This document shows, in pieces, positions 31,641 to 44,352 of a stretch of 64,000 nucleotides of DNA (its first letter is position 1; the number at the start of each line of letters is the position of its first letter). A program made the translations under genes and the position numbers. The stretch lies in assembly GCF_022846255.1 (NCBI RefSeq), contig NZ_AP025682.1; one strand, written 5' to 3'. A model generated the notes under the pieces. It was not told the origin of the DNA, ran no database searches, and saw nothing but the letters and a program-made list of their open reading frames with translations. The DNA comes from Escherichia coli (GTDB lineage Bacteria > Pseudomonadota > Gammaproteobacteria > Enterobacterales > Enterobacteriaceae).

Positions 31641-32708
31641 ATGAATCAGAAATATATGATCTATATGTACCTGTTGAAAGCCAGAACGTTTATCGCTCTG
31701 CTGTTAGTGATCGCCTTCTTTAGCGTGATGGTGCCTAACTTCCTGACGGCCTCTAACCTGCTGATTATGACTCAACACGTTGCGATTACCGGGCTGCTGG
31801 CAATCGGAATGACGCTGGTGATCCTGACAGGCGGCATCGATCTTTCCGTCGGCGCGGTAGCGGGGATCTGCGGAATGGTTGCCGGGGCTCTGCTAACAAA
31901 CGGCCTGCCATTGTGGAGCGGCGATATTATTTTCTTCAACGTACCGGAAGTGATCCTCTGCGTGGCGGTATTTGGCATTTTAGTGGGACTGGTGAATGGT
32001 GCGGTAATCACCCGCTTTGGTGTCGCGCCCTTTATCTGCACCCTCGGTATGATGTACGTCGCCCGTGGCTCTGCCCTGCTGTTTAATGATGGCAGCACTT
32101 ACCCCAATCTCAACGGCATGGAGGCACTGGGCAACACGGGTTTCGCCACCCTTGGTTCTGGCACGTTTTTAGGCGTTTATTTGCCAATCTGGCTGATGAT
32201 TGGCTTTTTGATTTTAGGCTACTGGATCACGACTAAAACGCCGCTCGGTCGTTATATCTATGCCATTGGTGGCAATGAATCTGCCGCGCGACTGGCAGGC
32301 GTACCCATCGTAAAAGTCAAAGTGTTCGTCTATGCGTTCTCCGGATTATGCGCCGCATTTGTCGGTTTGATTGTTGCCTCGCAGCTGCAAACCGCTCACC
32401 CAATGACCGGCAATATGTTCGAAATGGATGCTATCGGTGCCACGGTTCTTGGTGGAACTGCGCTGGCAGGTGGTCGGGGACGTGTCTCTGGCTCGATTAT
32501 CGGTGCCTTTGTCATTGTCTTCCTCGCCGATGGCATGGTGATGATGGGGGTCAGTGATTTCTGGCAAATGGTCATTAAAGGCCTCGTTATCGTCACCGCC
32601 GTGGTAGTCGATCAGTTCCAGCAAAAATTGCAAAACAAAGTCATTTTGATGCGTCGCCATGAAGAAAAGATGGCCGCCGCACCTGCCGTAAAACCGCTTT
32701 CCAGTTAA
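31641..32708 (+). CDS. Sugar ABC transporter permease (RbsC-like)
   Basis: 355 aa polytopic membrane protein of the monosaccharide ABC permease family. Confidence 0.85.
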   Translation: MNQKYMIYMYLLKARTFIALLLVIAFFSVMVPNFLTASNLLIMTQHVAITGLLAIGMTLVILTGGIDLSVGAVAGICGMVAGALLTNGLPLWSGDIIFFNVPEVILCVAVFGILVGLVNGAVITRFGVAPFICTLGMMYVARGSALLFNDGSTYPNLNGMEALGNTGFATLGSGTFLGVYLPIWLMIGFLILGYWITTKTPLGRYIYAIGGNESAARLAGVPIVKVKVFVYAFSGLCAAFVGLIVASQLQTAHPMTGNMFEMDAIGATVLGGTALAGGRGRVSGSIIGAFVIVFLADGMVMMGVSDFWQMVIKGLVIVTAVVVDQFQQKLQNKVILMRRHEEKMAAAPAVKPLSS

Positions 32709-32761
32709 TTAACATCATTCCGCCGGGCATTAAATTGCCCGGCTTATACAGGGGAAAAAAT

Positions 32762-33559
32762 ATGCAACGTAATTTTCAGGGTAAGACTGTAGTTATTACC
32801 GGGGCATGCCGGGGAATTGGGGCCGGGATCGCTGAACGCTTCGCCCGCGATGGCGCAAATCTGGTGATGGTTTCTAACGCTGCACGCGTGCATGAAACTG
32901 CTGAGCAACTGCGCCAATGTTATCAGGCTGACATTTTGTCATTAGAAGTCGATGTGACAGATGAAGCGCAAGTACAGGCACTCTATGAACAAGCGGCTGC
33001 ACGTTTTGGCAGCATCGATGTTTCCATTCAGAATGCAGGCATTATCACCATCGATTATTTTGATCGAATGCCGGCTGCTGATTTCGAAAAAGTGCTGGCG
33101 GTGAACACTACGGCAGTCTGGCTCTGCTGCCGGGAAGCAGCCAAATATATGGTGAAACAAAATCACGGCTGCCTGATCAACACCTCTTCTGGCCAGGGAC
33201 GTCAGGGGTTTATCTATACCCCACACTATGCAGCCAGCAAAATGGGTGTGATCGGCATTACGCAAAGCCTGGCGCACGAGTTAGCGCAGTGGAATATCAC
33301 TGTTAACGCCTTCTGCCCTGGTATTATCGAAAGCGAAATGTGGGACTACAACGACCGCGTATGGGGAGAAATTCTCAGTACCGATGACAAGCGTTATGGC
33401 AAAGGCGAGCTTATGGCGGAATGGGTGGAAGGTATTCCGATGAAGCGTGCCGGTAAACCTGAAGATGTTGCCGGACTGGTTGCCTTCCTCGCCTCTGACG
33501 ATGCGCGTTATCTCACCGGTCAAACCATCAACATCGACGGCGGCCTGATTATGTCGTAA
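32762..33559 (+). CDS. Short-chain dehydrogenase/reductase (polyol / sugar dehydrogenase-like)
   Basis: MQRNFQGKTVVITGACRGIGAGIAERFA...; TGxxxGIG Rossmann motif and catalytic YxxxK; ATG at 32762 preferred over the upstream TTG-initiated track start. Confidence 0.8.
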   Translation: MQRNFQGKTVVITGACRGIGAGIAERFARDGANLVMVSNAARVHETAEQLRQCYQADILSLEVDVTDEAQVQALYEQAAARFGSIDVSIQNAGIITIDYFDRMPAADFEKVLAVNTTAVWLCCREAAKYMVKQNHGCLINTSSGQGRQGFIYTPHYAASKMGVIGITQSLAHELAQWNITVNAFCPGIIESEMWDYNDRVWGEILSTDDKRYGKGELMAEWVEGIPMKRAGKPEDVAGLVAFLASDDARYLTGQTINIDGGLIMS

Positions 33560-33591
33560 TGCCCCTGCGGGCTACTAAGAGAGATATCAAA

Positions 33592-34377
33592 ATGATCGCA
33601 AAAGATTTTGCTCAACAATTGTTTGATCTCCACGATCGCGTCGCCTTTGTCACTGGCGCAGGTAGCGGTATCGGACAAATGATCGCTCTGGCTTTAGCCA
33701 GCGCAGGCGCACGAGTGGTGTGTTTTGATCTACGGGAAGATGGCGGACTCAAAGAGACGGTTAATCATATCGAAGCACTTGGCGGACAAGCCTTGTATTA
33801 CACGGGCGATGTTCGGGAATTGAGAGATCTTCGCGCAGCAGTCGCTCTGGCAAAAACACATTTTGGTCGTCTGGATATTGCCGTAAACGCCGCTGGAATC
33901 GCTAACGCAAACCCGGCGCTGGAGATGGAAAGCGAGCAATGGCAACGCGTTATCGATATCAACCTGACTGGTGTGTGGAATTCCTGTAAGGCGGAAGCCG
34001 AGTTAATGGTAGAGAACGGAGGCGGCTCGATTATAAATATTGCGTCAATGTCCGGGATTATCGTCAATCGCGGTCTGGAACAGGCTCACTACAACAGCTC
34101 CAAAGCAGGCGTGATTCATTTATCTAAAAGTCTTGCGATGGAATGGGTGAGTAAAGGGATCCGTGTGAACTCAATCAGTCCAGGATATACCGCAACACCA
34201 ATGAATACCCGACCTGAAATGGTGCATCAGACTCGGGAGTTTGAAATCCAGACGCCGATTCAGCGGATGGCGAAAGTGGAAGAGATGGCGGGTCCAGCGC
34301 TGTTCCTTGCCAGCGATGCGGCGTCGTTCTGCACTGGTGTTGATCTGGTGGTCGATGGTGGTTTTGTCTGCTGGTAA
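33592..34377 (+). CDS. Second short-chain dehydrogenase/reductase
   Basis: MIAKDFAQQLFDLHDRVAFVTGAGSGIGQMIALALA...; SDR motifs; start at 33592 preferred for its upstream gagag Shine-Dalgarno, with 33559 as alternative. Confidence 0.8.
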   Translation: MIAKDFAQQLFDLHDRVAFVTGAGSGIGQMIALALASAGARVVCFDLREDGGLKETVNHIEALGGQALYYTGDVRELRDLRAAVALAKTHFGRLDIAVNAAGIANANPALEMESEQWQRVIDINLTGVWNSCKAEAELMVENGGGSIINIASMSGIIVNRGLEQAHYNSSKAGVIHLSKSLAMEWVSKGIRVNSISPGYTATPMNTRPEMVHQTREFEIQTPIQRMAKVEEMAGPALFLASDAASFCTGVDLVVDGGFVCW

Positions 34378-34486
34378 AAATGGTTTCGCCCGCAGCCATC
34401 ACTGACCGCGGGCGAAAGTGTAAAGCAGGTGCCTTACCACCCTGACCTGACAACCGGATATGCGGGGATTGCTCCCCGCACAACGG

Positions 34487-34639
34487 CTACTTCTTCGGTT
34501 CGTAAGCGAGAACAACCTTAAACTCAATATTACGTTCCTTTACGGTAAACTCACACAGCGAGTCTCCGACCAGAAGCGTAAATCCCAGCACCGTTAAACA
34601 CAGCACTATGACTGCCACAAGGGCATATTTCGTCAGCAT
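34487..34639 (-). CDS. hokE: Hok-family small membrane toxin, copy 1 (variant with V at the position where copy 2 has A)
   Basis: [50 protein letters not shown], 50 aa; Hok family signature; overlapped by mok-like ORF 34551..34739. Confidence 0.8.
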   Translation of the reverse strand: MLTKYALVAVIVLCLTVLGFTLLVGDSLCEFTVKERNIEFKVVLAYEPKK

Positions 34640-34739
34640 GTTTATATTGCCTCCATGCGAAGAAGGGACTACCATCCAAATTGTTCAGGTTTGGGTAGGT
34701 AGCCCCAAGGTTGATAGAAATATCGTCCTGGGGCTTCAT
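34551..34739 (-). CDS. mokE: mok-like overlapping reading frame, copy 1
   Basis: 62-aa ORF overlapping the hok start in a different frame, as in hok/mok/sok loci. Confidence 0.5.
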   Translation of the reverse strand: MKPQDDISINLGATYPNLNNLDGSPFFAWRQYKHADEICPCGSHSAVFNGAGIYASGRRLAV

Positions 34740-34990
34740 CTTTCCAGACCTCAGAGTAAACCTGAAACCGGAAAGCTTCAGGCACCCGCAGTTATCTTAC
34801 CCTTCCTTAGCAAAATAGCTGTTTATTTATACAGTGAGTCCTGTTTAGGACTTTTCACCTGTATTATCGCCCATGCCAGTAAAACGAAATCGCCCGCAGC
34901 CATCTCTGACTGCGGGCGAAAGTGTAAAGCAGGTGCCTTACCATCCTGACCTGACAACCGGATATGCGGGGATTACTCCCCGCACAACGG

Positions 34991-35143
34991 CTACTTCTTC
35001 GGTTCGTAAGCGAGAACAGCCTTAAACTCAATATTACGTTCCTTTACGGTAAACTCACACAGCGAGTCTCCGACCAGAAGCGTAAATCCCAGCACCGTTA
35101 AACACAGCACTATGACTGCCACAAGGGCATATTTCGTCAGCAT
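34991..35143 (-). CDS. hokE: Hok-family small membrane toxin, copy 2
   Basis: [50 protein letters not shown], 50 aa; the copy adjacent to ybdK. Confidence 0.85.
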   Translation of the reverse strand: MLTKYALVAVIVLCLTVLGFTLLVGDSLCEFTVKERNIEFKAVLAYEPKK

Positions 35144-35243
35144 GTTTATATTGCCTCCATGCGAAGAAGGGACTACCATCCAAATTGTTCAGGTTTGGGT
35201 AGGTAGCCCCAGGGTTGATAGAAATATCGTCCTGGGGCTTCAT
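35055..35243 (-). CDS. mokE: mok-like overlapping reading frame, copy 2
   Basis: 62-aa ORF overlapping the hok start in a different frame. Confidence 0.5.
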   Translation of the reverse strand: MKPQDDISINPGATYPNLNNLDGSPFFAWRQYKHADEICPCGSHSAVFNGAGIYASGRRLAV

Positions 35244-35579
35244 CTTTCCAGACCTCAGAGTAAACCTGAAACCGGAAAGCTTCAGGCACCCGCAGTTATC
35301 TTACCCTTCCTTAGCAAAATAGCTGTTTATTTATACAGTGAGTCCTGTTTCGGACTTCTCATTTAATCAACTGAAGCTGAACCCGTTTTTTTCTGCATGC
35401 CTCAATCGTCAAAATTCTTCGCCGCCAGCCAGCTCTGCCATAACTTGTCACATTGCAAAAGTAGCCAAATTGCTTCAGTCACAATCAGTTCTCCATCACC
35501 AAAAAAAGAAACATTCCAGAACTTCCGCATCTCACCCAGCCGCTCCCACTTCTATACTGAATAGAAAACGCCAACATAA

Positions 35580-36707
<1,128 letters not shown>

Positions 36708-36772
36708 GTCGGGAATTGCCTTACAGAAGAATATCCCTGACAATGGTGTTTTAACTTACATTTAACAATGTT

Positions 36773-37021
36773 ATGAAACACCCTTTAGAAACCTTGACCA
36801 CCGCAGCAGGCATTTTGCTGATGGCTTTCCTCTCTTGCCTGCTGCTGCCCGCCCCCGCACTGGGGCTGACGCTGGCACAAAAACTGGTGACCACGTTCCA
36901 TCTGATGGATCTTAGCCAGCTTTACACGTTATTGTTTTGTCTGTGGTTTTTAGTGCTGGGCGCTATTGAGTATTTTGTTCTACGCTTTATCTGGCGACGC
37001 TGGTTCTCGCTGGCGGATTAA
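36773..37021 (+). CDS. ybdJ: Small inner-membrane protein YbdJ
   Basis: 82 aa with two predicted transmembrane helices; K-12 synteny. Confidence 0.85.
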   Translation: MKHPLETLTTAAGILLMAFLSCLLLPAPALGLTLAQKLVTTFHLMDLSQLYTLLFCLWFLVLGAIEYFVLRFIWRRWFSLAD

Positions 37022-37085
37022 ACGTCGATTATCGCCGAACTTCGCGGCATACTTTGCTTATTCTCCTTCGCCTAAAGGAACATTT

Positions 37086-37469
37086 ATGGATAAGCAATCA
37101 CTGCACGAAACGGCGAAACGCCTGGCTCTTGAGTTACCCTTTGTCGAGCTTTGCTGGCCTTTTGGCCCGGAGTTCGATGTTTTTAAAATTGGCGGCAAGA
37201 TTTTTATGCTGTCGTCGGAGCTGCGCGGCGTCCCCTTTATCAATCTGAAGTCCGATCCACAAAAATCCCTGCTAAATCAGCAAATATACCCAAGCATCAA
37301 GCCAGGGTATCACATGAATAAAAAGCACTGGATTTCGGTGTATCCCGGCGAGGAAATCTCCGAAGCGTTACTTCGCGATCTGATCAACGATTCGTGGAAT
37401 CTGGTGGTTGATGGTCTGGCTAAACGCGATCAAAAACGACTGCGTCCTGACTCAACCGTAAATCAATAG
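37086..37469 (+). CDS. ybdF: Small conserved protein YbdF (DUF419)
   Basis: [44 protein letters not shown]...; start trimmed from the track ORF 36966..37469. Confidence 0.85.
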   Translation: MDKQSLHETAKRLALELPFVELCWPFGPEFDVFKIGGKIFMLSSELRGVPFINLKSDPQKSLLNQQIYPSIKPGYHMNKKHWISVYPGEEISEALLRDLINDSWNLVVDGLAKRDQKRLRPDSTVNQ

Positions 37470-37547
37470 CGCATTTTTCTCGCTTACCATTTCATCTCGA
37501 TCCTTGTAATCTGCTGGCACGCAAAATTACTTTCACATGGAGTCTTT

Positions 37548-38201
37548 ATGGATATCATTTCTGTCGCCTTAAAGCGTCATTCCACTAAGGCATTTGATGC
37601 CAGCAAAAAACTTACCCCGGAACAGGCCGAGCAGATCAAAACTCTACTGCAATACAGCCCATCCAGCACCAACTCCCAGCCGTGGCATTTTATTGTTGCC
37701 AGCACGGAAGAAGGTAAAGCGCGTGTTGCCAAATCCGCTGCCGATAATTACGTGTTCAACGAGCGTAAAATGCTTGATGCCTCGCACGTCGTGGTGTTCT
37801 GTGCAAAAACCGCGATGGACGATGCCTGGCTAAAGCTGGTTGTTGACCAGGAAGATGCCGATGGCCGCTTTGCCACGCCGGAAGCGAAAGCCGCGAACGA
37901 TAAAGGTCGCAAGTTCTTCGCCGATATGCACCGTAAAGATCTGCATGATGATGCAGAGTGGATGGCAAAACAGGTTTATCTCAACGTCGGTAACTTCCTG
38001 CTGGGCGTGGCGGCGCTGGGTCTGGACGCGGTGCCCATCGAAGGTTTTGACGCCGCCATCCTCGATGAAGAATTTGGTCTGAAAGAGAAAGGCTACACCA
38101 GTCTGGTGGTTGTTCCGGTGGGTCATCACAGCGTTGAAGATTTTAACGCTACGCTGCCGAAATCTCGTCTGCCGCAAAACATTACCTTAACCGAAGTGTA
38201 A
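37548..38201 (+). CDS. nfsB: Oxygen-insensitive NAD(P)H nitroreductase
   Basis: 217 aa, [53 protein letters not shown]...; nitroreductase family. Confidence 0.95.
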   Translation: MDIISVALKRHSTKAFDASKKLTPEQAEQIKTLLQYSPSSTNSQPWHFIVASTEEGKARVAKSAADNYVFNERKMLDASHVVVFCAKTAMDDAWLKLVVDQEDADGRFATPEAKAANDKGRKFFADMHRKDLHDDAEWMAKQVYLNVGNFLLGVAALGLDAVPIEGFDAAILDEEFGLKEKGYTSLVVVPVGHHSVEDFNATLPKSRLPQNITLTEV

Positions 38202-38260
38202 TTCTCCCTTGCCGGGCATCTGCCCGGCTATTTCCCCTCAGATTCTCCTGATTTGCATAA

Positions 38261-39556
<1,296 letters not shown>

Positions 39557-39609
39557 TTAAAAAAACCGCTCTCATCGAATGGATGAGAGCGGCTTTCAGA
39601 TTGTTGACA

Positions 39610-39695
<86 letters not shown>

Positions 39696-39713
39696 AATCA
39701 GCCTCACATCAGC

Positions 39714-41096
39714 TTAATTCACTTTCCTACGCAATGTTTTAAACGCCACAAACAGGAACACAATCCACACCGGCAGCAGAATCGCTGACAGGCGCATATC
39801 ATCCATCGTGCACATCAGCAGCAAAATCATGCCGAGGAAGGCGATGCAAAGATAGTTGCCGAACGGATAGAGCAGCGCCTTAAATTGTGTTTCACGCCCC
39901 TGACGTCGCATCGCCGCGCGAAAACGCAGATGCGCCAGGCAGATCATAATCCAGTTCAACAGCAGCGTTGCTACCACCAGCGCCATCAGCAGACCAAACG
40001 CTTTTTGCGGCAGCAGATAGTTGATTAACACCACCAGCGAAGTGATCGCTCCGGAAAGCATCAGCGAGTTAATCGGCACGCCGCGACGGCTGACGCGAGT
40101 CAAAAACTTTGGCGCATTACCCTGCACAGAAAGGCCAAACAGCATGCGGCTGTTAGAGTAAACCCCGCTGTTATACACCGACAGCGATGCCACCAGAATG
40201 ACGAAGTTCAGCGCAGAAGCCACCACGTTGCTGTCGAGATTATGGAAAATCATCACAAACGGGCTACTGTTGGATTTCACTTCCACCCACGGGTAGAGCG
40301 CCAGTAAAACCACCAGTGAACCGATATAAAACAGCAGGATGCGATACACCACCTGATTCACTGCTTTAGGGATGCTTTTTTCCGGATCGCGCGCTTCAGC
40401 CGCAGTAATCCCAATCAGCTCCAGACCGCCGAAGGAGAACATAATTACCGCCAGCGACAAAATCAGTCCATTCCAGCCGGTGGCAAAGAAACCGCCATAG
40501 CGCCAGAGGTTATCGATACTGGCTTTCTCACCGCCGTGCCCAGAAAACAGCAGCCACAGACCAAAGCCGATCATACCGATGATCGCCAGCACTTTAATCA
40601 GCGCAAACCAGAACTCGGTTTCGCCATATAAGCGCACGTTCACCAGGTTAACGGCGTTGATGATAATAAAGAAGGCGGCAGCCCAAATCCACGTTGGAAC
40701 ATCCGGGAACCAGTACTGCATATAGATGCCCGCAGCGGTCAGCTCTGCCATTCCCACCAGCACGAACATTACCCAGTAGTTCCAGCCAGAGAGGAAGCCC
40801 GCAAACGGTCCCCAGTATTTATAGGCAAAGTGGGCAAATGAACCGGATACCGGCTCTTCGACCACCATCTCGCCGAGCTGGCGCATAATCAGGAAAGCGA
40901 TGATCCCGGCGACGCCGTAGCCCAGCAATACAGCCGGACCCGCCATCTGAATCGCCGGGCCAATGCCAAGAAACAGACCAGTACCAATTGCGCCACCCAG
41001 CGCAATCAGTTGAATATGACGGTTATGTAATCCGCGATGAAGCGTCGGCTCTTGATTCGACGCAGTATCTTCCGATACGGTTGACGCGTTTTTCAC
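39714..41096 (-). CDS. pheP: Phenylalanine-specific amino-acid permease (APC family)
   Basis: ...KNASTVSEDTASNQEPTLHRGLHNRHIQLIALGGAIGTGLFLGIG...; the codon matching the known PheP N-terminus is a Val in the track translation, so the start (possibly GTG near 41096) is uncertain. Confidence 0.9.
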   Translation of the reverse strand: MKNASTVSEDTASNQEPTLHRGLHNRHIQLIALGGAIGTGLFLGIGPAIQMAGPAVLLGYGVAGIIAFLIMRQLGEMVVEEPVSGSFAHFAYKYWGPFAGFLSGWNYWVMFVLVGMAELTAAGIYMQYWFPDVPTWIWAAAFFIIINAVNLVNVRLYGETEFWFALIKVLAIIGMIGFGLWLLFSGHGGEKASIDNLWRYGGFFATGWNGLILSLAVIMFSFGGLELIGITAAEARDPEKSIPKAVNQVVYRILLFYIGSLVVLLALYPWVEVKSNSSPFVMIFHNLDSNVVASALNFVILVASLSVYNSGVYSNSRMLFGLSVQGNAPKFLTRVSRRGVPINSLMLSGAITSLVVLINYLLPQKAFGLLMALVVATLLLNWIMICLAHLRFRAAMRRQGRETQFKALLYPFGNYLCIAFLGMILLLMCTMDDMRLSAILLPVWIVFLFVAFKTLRRKVN

Positions 41097-41197
41097 GCCT
41101 TTCCCCTGTGTGTCTTTTTTGTTGAGGGGCACCTTTTAACATTTAGTGCCCATCGTCGCAAGACACAATCCACACGGTTAAACGGGGTATCCTGCTT

Positions 41198-44100
41198 TTA
41201 TTTCCGTACCCGATGTCGGTGCAGCCACATCAGCTTATACGCCGCCGGGATAATAAACAGCGACAGCAAAGGCGCGGTGATCATGCCGCCAATCATCGGC
41301 GCGGCAATCCGGCTCATCACCTCTGACCCTGCTCCTGTTCCCCACAGAATCGGCAGCAGACCAGCGATAATCACCGCCACCGTCATCGCTTTTGGGCGCA
41401 CGCGCAGTACCGCGCCGTGATATAACGCCTCATCCAGCTTCTGCTCGCTGAATGTTTGCGGATTATTCAACGACGGCTCGGCCTCTATGGCGTGACGTAA
41501 ATACATCAGCATCACCACGCCAAATTCGGCGGCGACCCCGGCAAGGGCAATAAAACCGGTGCCCGTCGCCACGGAAAGATGAAAGCCCATCCACCACAGC
41601 AACCAGATGCCGCCCACCAGCGCAAACGGTACGCTGCTGATAATCAGCAACGCTTCGCCCACCCGACGGAACGCCAGATACAACAGCACGAAGATGATCA
41701 TCAGCGTCATCGGCACCATCAGTTTCAGCTTATGGTTGGCGCGCTCCAGTAGCTCGAACTGCCCGGAGAATGCCACGCTAGTGCCCGGTTTTAACTGCAC
41801 TTTTTCAGCTATCGCTTTTTGCAGATCGTGAACCACCGACACCATGTCACGATCGCGGGCATCGATATAAATCCAGCTCGTCGGGCGCGCATTCTCGGTT
41901 TTCAGCATCGACGGTCCGGTAGAGACTTTAACGTCGGCCACGTCCGCCAGAGTGATTTGCTGCTTCATCGGCGTGAGGATCGGCAACTGGCGCAGTGCCT
42001 GCGGGCTATCGCGCCAGCTTTGCGGATAACGCAGATTAATTGGATAACGAGCAATCCCTTCCACCGTTTCGCCAACCATCGCCCCGCCCACCGCAGAAGT
42101 CACAAACAACTGCACATCCGCCACCGTCATACCGTAACGCGCGGCTTTTTCACGGTTAATCTCAACGTTGATATAGCGCCCACCTTCCAGACGCTCAGCA
42201 AGCGCAGAAGCCACGCCTGGCACCGTTCGCGCCACTTCTTCAATTTGCTCCGCCATCGTGTCGATATCCGCCAGCACAGTGCCGGAAACTTTAATGCCGA
42301 TAGGGCTTTTAATGCCAGTCGAGAGCATATCGATACGGTTACGAATTGGCGGCACCCACAGATTCGCCAGCCCCGGCAGACGCACGGTGTTATCCAGTTC
42401 CTCAATGATTTTGTCCATCGTCATGCCAGGCCGCCACTGATCCTGCGGCTTAAGCTGGATAGTCGTTTCTACCATCTCCAGTGGAGCAGAATCGGTGGCG
42501 GTTTCCGCTTTCCCGGTTTTGCCAAATACCCGCGCCACTTCAGGTACGCTCATAATCAGCTTGTCGGTTTTTTGCAGCATACTCGCCGCCTCCGCTGCGG
42601 AAATCCCCGGCAGCGTCGATGGCATATACAACAAGTCGCCTTCATTGATCTGCGGTAAAAATTCCCCGCCCACTTTATTGAGCGGCCAGAGAACCGTCAG
42701 CACCGAAAGCGCTGCCACCAACAGCGTGGTTTTCGGCCAGTGCAGTACTTTCAGCAACAGCGGATGATAAACACGAATCAAAAAGCGATTGAGCGGGTTA
42801 CTGCTTTCTGGCGGAATTTTGCCACGGATCCAGTAGCCCATCAGGATCGGGATCACTACAATCGCCAGTAGCGCCGCGCCCGCCATCGCATAGGTTTTGG
42901 TGAACGCCAGCGGGCCAAACAGACGACCTTCCTGCCCTTCCAGGGTGAAGATCGGGATAAACGACAGCGTGATAATCAGCAGACTGATAAACAGCGCCGG
43001 CCCCACTTCAACAGATGCATCGGTGATCACCTGCCAGCGCGTTTTATTATCCAGCGTGGCGTCAGGATGCTGGTGCTGCCACTCTTCCAGCCGTTTATGC
43101 GCATTCTCGATCATGACGATAGCGGCATCGACCATCGCCCCGACGGCAATCGCAATGCCACCCAACGACATAATATTGGCGTTCAGTCCCTGAAAGTGCA
43201 TGACAATAAAAGCAATACACAACCCCAGCGGCAACGAAATAATCGCCACCAGCGCCGAGCGCACATGCCAGAGAAACAGCGCACAGACTACCGCCACCAC
43301 AATAAACTCTTCCAGCAACTTGCCGCTGAGGTTGTCAATGGCGCGGTCAATGAGCTGGCTGCGATCGTATGTTGTAACTATCTCCACGCCTTCCGGCAGA
43401 CTGCTTTTCAGCGTTTCCAGTTTGTCCTTCACGGCGGCGATTACTTCTCGGGCGTTTTTGCCGGAGCGCAGGATCACCACCCCGCCCGCCACTTCGCCTT
43501 CGCCGTTCAGTTCGGCAATGCCCCGGCGCATCTCCGGGCCAATCTGGACCTTCGCAACATCACGCAGATAAACGGGCACGCCATTTTCACTGGCTTTTAA
43601 AACGATGTGATTAAAGTCGTCGAGCGTTTGCAGATAGCCGCTGGCTCGCACCATATATTCCGCTTCCGCCAGTTCGATCGACGAACCACCCGCTTCCTGG
43701 TTTGAAGCATCCAGCGCGCTTTTTACTTCGGCGAGACTGATGCCATATTGCGCCAGGCGCTGAGGATCGATAACCACCTGATACTCTTTCACCACACCGC
43801 CTACCGACGCCACTTCCGCAACGTCAGGAATGGTTTTCAGCTCATATTTGAGAAACCAGTCCTGCAATGAGCGTAAATCGGCAAGATCGTGCTTACCGCT
43901 GCGATCCACCAGTGCATATTCATAGATCCAGCCAACACCCGTGGCATCTGGCCCCAGCTCGGCGCTGACTCCCGCAGGCAGCTTACCCTGTACCTGGTTG
44001 AGGTACTCCAGCACCCGCGAGCGCGCCCAGTACGGATCGGTGCCATCTTCGAAAATGACATACACATAAGAGTCGCCAAACTGCGAGAAACCGCGCACAG

Positions 44101-44341
44101 TCTTCGCGCCAGGCACCGACAACATGGTGGTGGTTAGCGGATAAGTCACCTGATTTTCAACGATTTGCGGTGCCTGACCGGGATAGCTGGTTTTAATAAT
44201 CACCTGCACATCAGAGAGATCCGGCAGTGCATCCACTGGCGTGTTAATGATGGTCCAGGTGCCCCAGATACTCAGAAACAACGCGCCCATCAGCACCAGA
44301 AAACGGTTCGCCACCGAGCGACGAATAATCCATTCAATCAT
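41198..44341 (-). CDS. cusA: RND inner-membrane Cu(I)/Ag(I) efflux pump
   Basis: 1047 aa, [59 protein letters not shown]...; heavy-metal efflux RND family. Confidence 0.95.
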   Translation of the reverse strand: MIEWIIRRSVANRFLVLMGALFLSIWGTWTIINTPVDALPDLSDVQVIIKTSYPGQAPQIVENQVTYPLTTTMLSVPGAKTVRGFSQFGDSYVYVIFEDGTDPYWARSRVLEYLNQVQGKLPAGVSAELGPDATGVGWIYEYALVDRSGKHDLADLRSLQDWFLKYELKTIPDVAEVASVGGVVKEYQVVIDPQRLAQYGISLAEVKSALDASNQEAGGSSIELAEAEYMVRASGYLQTLDDFNHIVLKASENGVPVYLRDVAKVQIGPEMRRGIAELNGEGEVAGGVVILRSGKNAREVIAAVKDKLETLKSSLPEGVEIVTTYDRSQLIDRAIDNLSGKLLEEFIVVAVVCALFLWHVRSALVAIISLPLGLCIAFIVMHFQGLNANIMSLGGIAIAVGAMVDAAIVMIENAHKRLEEWQHQHPDATLDNKTRWQVITDASVEVGPALFISLLIITLSFIPIFTLEGQEGRLFGPLAFTKTYAMAGAALLAIVVIPILMGYWIRGKIPPESSNPLNRFLIRVYHPLLLKVLHWPKTTLLVAALSVLTVLWPLNKVGGEFLPQINEGDLLYMPSTLPGISAAEAASMLQKTDKLIMSVPEVARVFGKTGKAETATDSAPLEMVETTIQLKPQDQWRPGMTMDKIIEELDNTVRLPGLANLWVPPIRNRIDMLSTGIKSPIGIKVSGTVLADIDTMAEQIEEVARTVPGVASALAERLEGGRYINVEINREKAARYGMTVADVQLFVTSAVGGAMVGETVEGIARYPINLRYPQSWRDSPQALRQLPILTPMKQQITLADVADVKVSTGPSMLKTENARPTSWIYIDARDRDMVSVVHDLQKAIAEKVQLKPGTSVAFSGQFELLERANHKLKLMVPMTLMIIFVLLYLAFRRVGEALLIISSVPFALVGGIWLLWWMGFHLSVATGTGFIALAGVAAEFGVVMLMYLRHAIEAEPSLNNPQTFSEQKLDEALYHGAVLRVRPKAMTVAVIIAGLLPILWGTGAGSEVMSRIAAPMIGGMITAPLLSLFIIPAAYKLMWLHRHRVRK

Positions 44342-44352
44342 TGGTTATTCCC

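Larger units (their letters stand above)
34384..35360. repeat. Tandem direct duplication (two ~500-bp units, period ~504 bp, near-identical) of the hokE/mokE/sokE toxin-antitoxin locus
   Basis: Direct reading: 34384..~34860 and 34888..~35360 align almost base for base; each contains a hok ORF, an overlapping mok ORF and a terminal hairpin. Confidence 0.85.

Noticed and set aside
23429-34377. The island as a candidate novel defence or secretion system
   Set aside because: Every ORF has a clear metabolic or transport family assignment (transketolase, kinase, SDRs, ABC transporter, SorC regulator); there are no nucleases, helicases, ATPases of unknown type, toxins or orphan ORFs that would suggest an undescribed system.
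34384-35360. Possibility that the repeated block is a CRISPR array or an insertion sequence
   Set aside because: There are only two copies of a ~500-bp unit with coding content (hok/mok), no short repeat-spacer periodicity, no transposase gene and no terminal inverted repeats; it is a tandem duplication of a toxin-antitoxin locus.
41819-42658. 279-aa ORF antisense to cusA; also 4562..5152 antisense to entB, 15017..15565 antisense to entF and 54001..54513 antisense to nfrA
   Set aside because: All are shadow ORFs inside confidently identified genes on the opposite strand.
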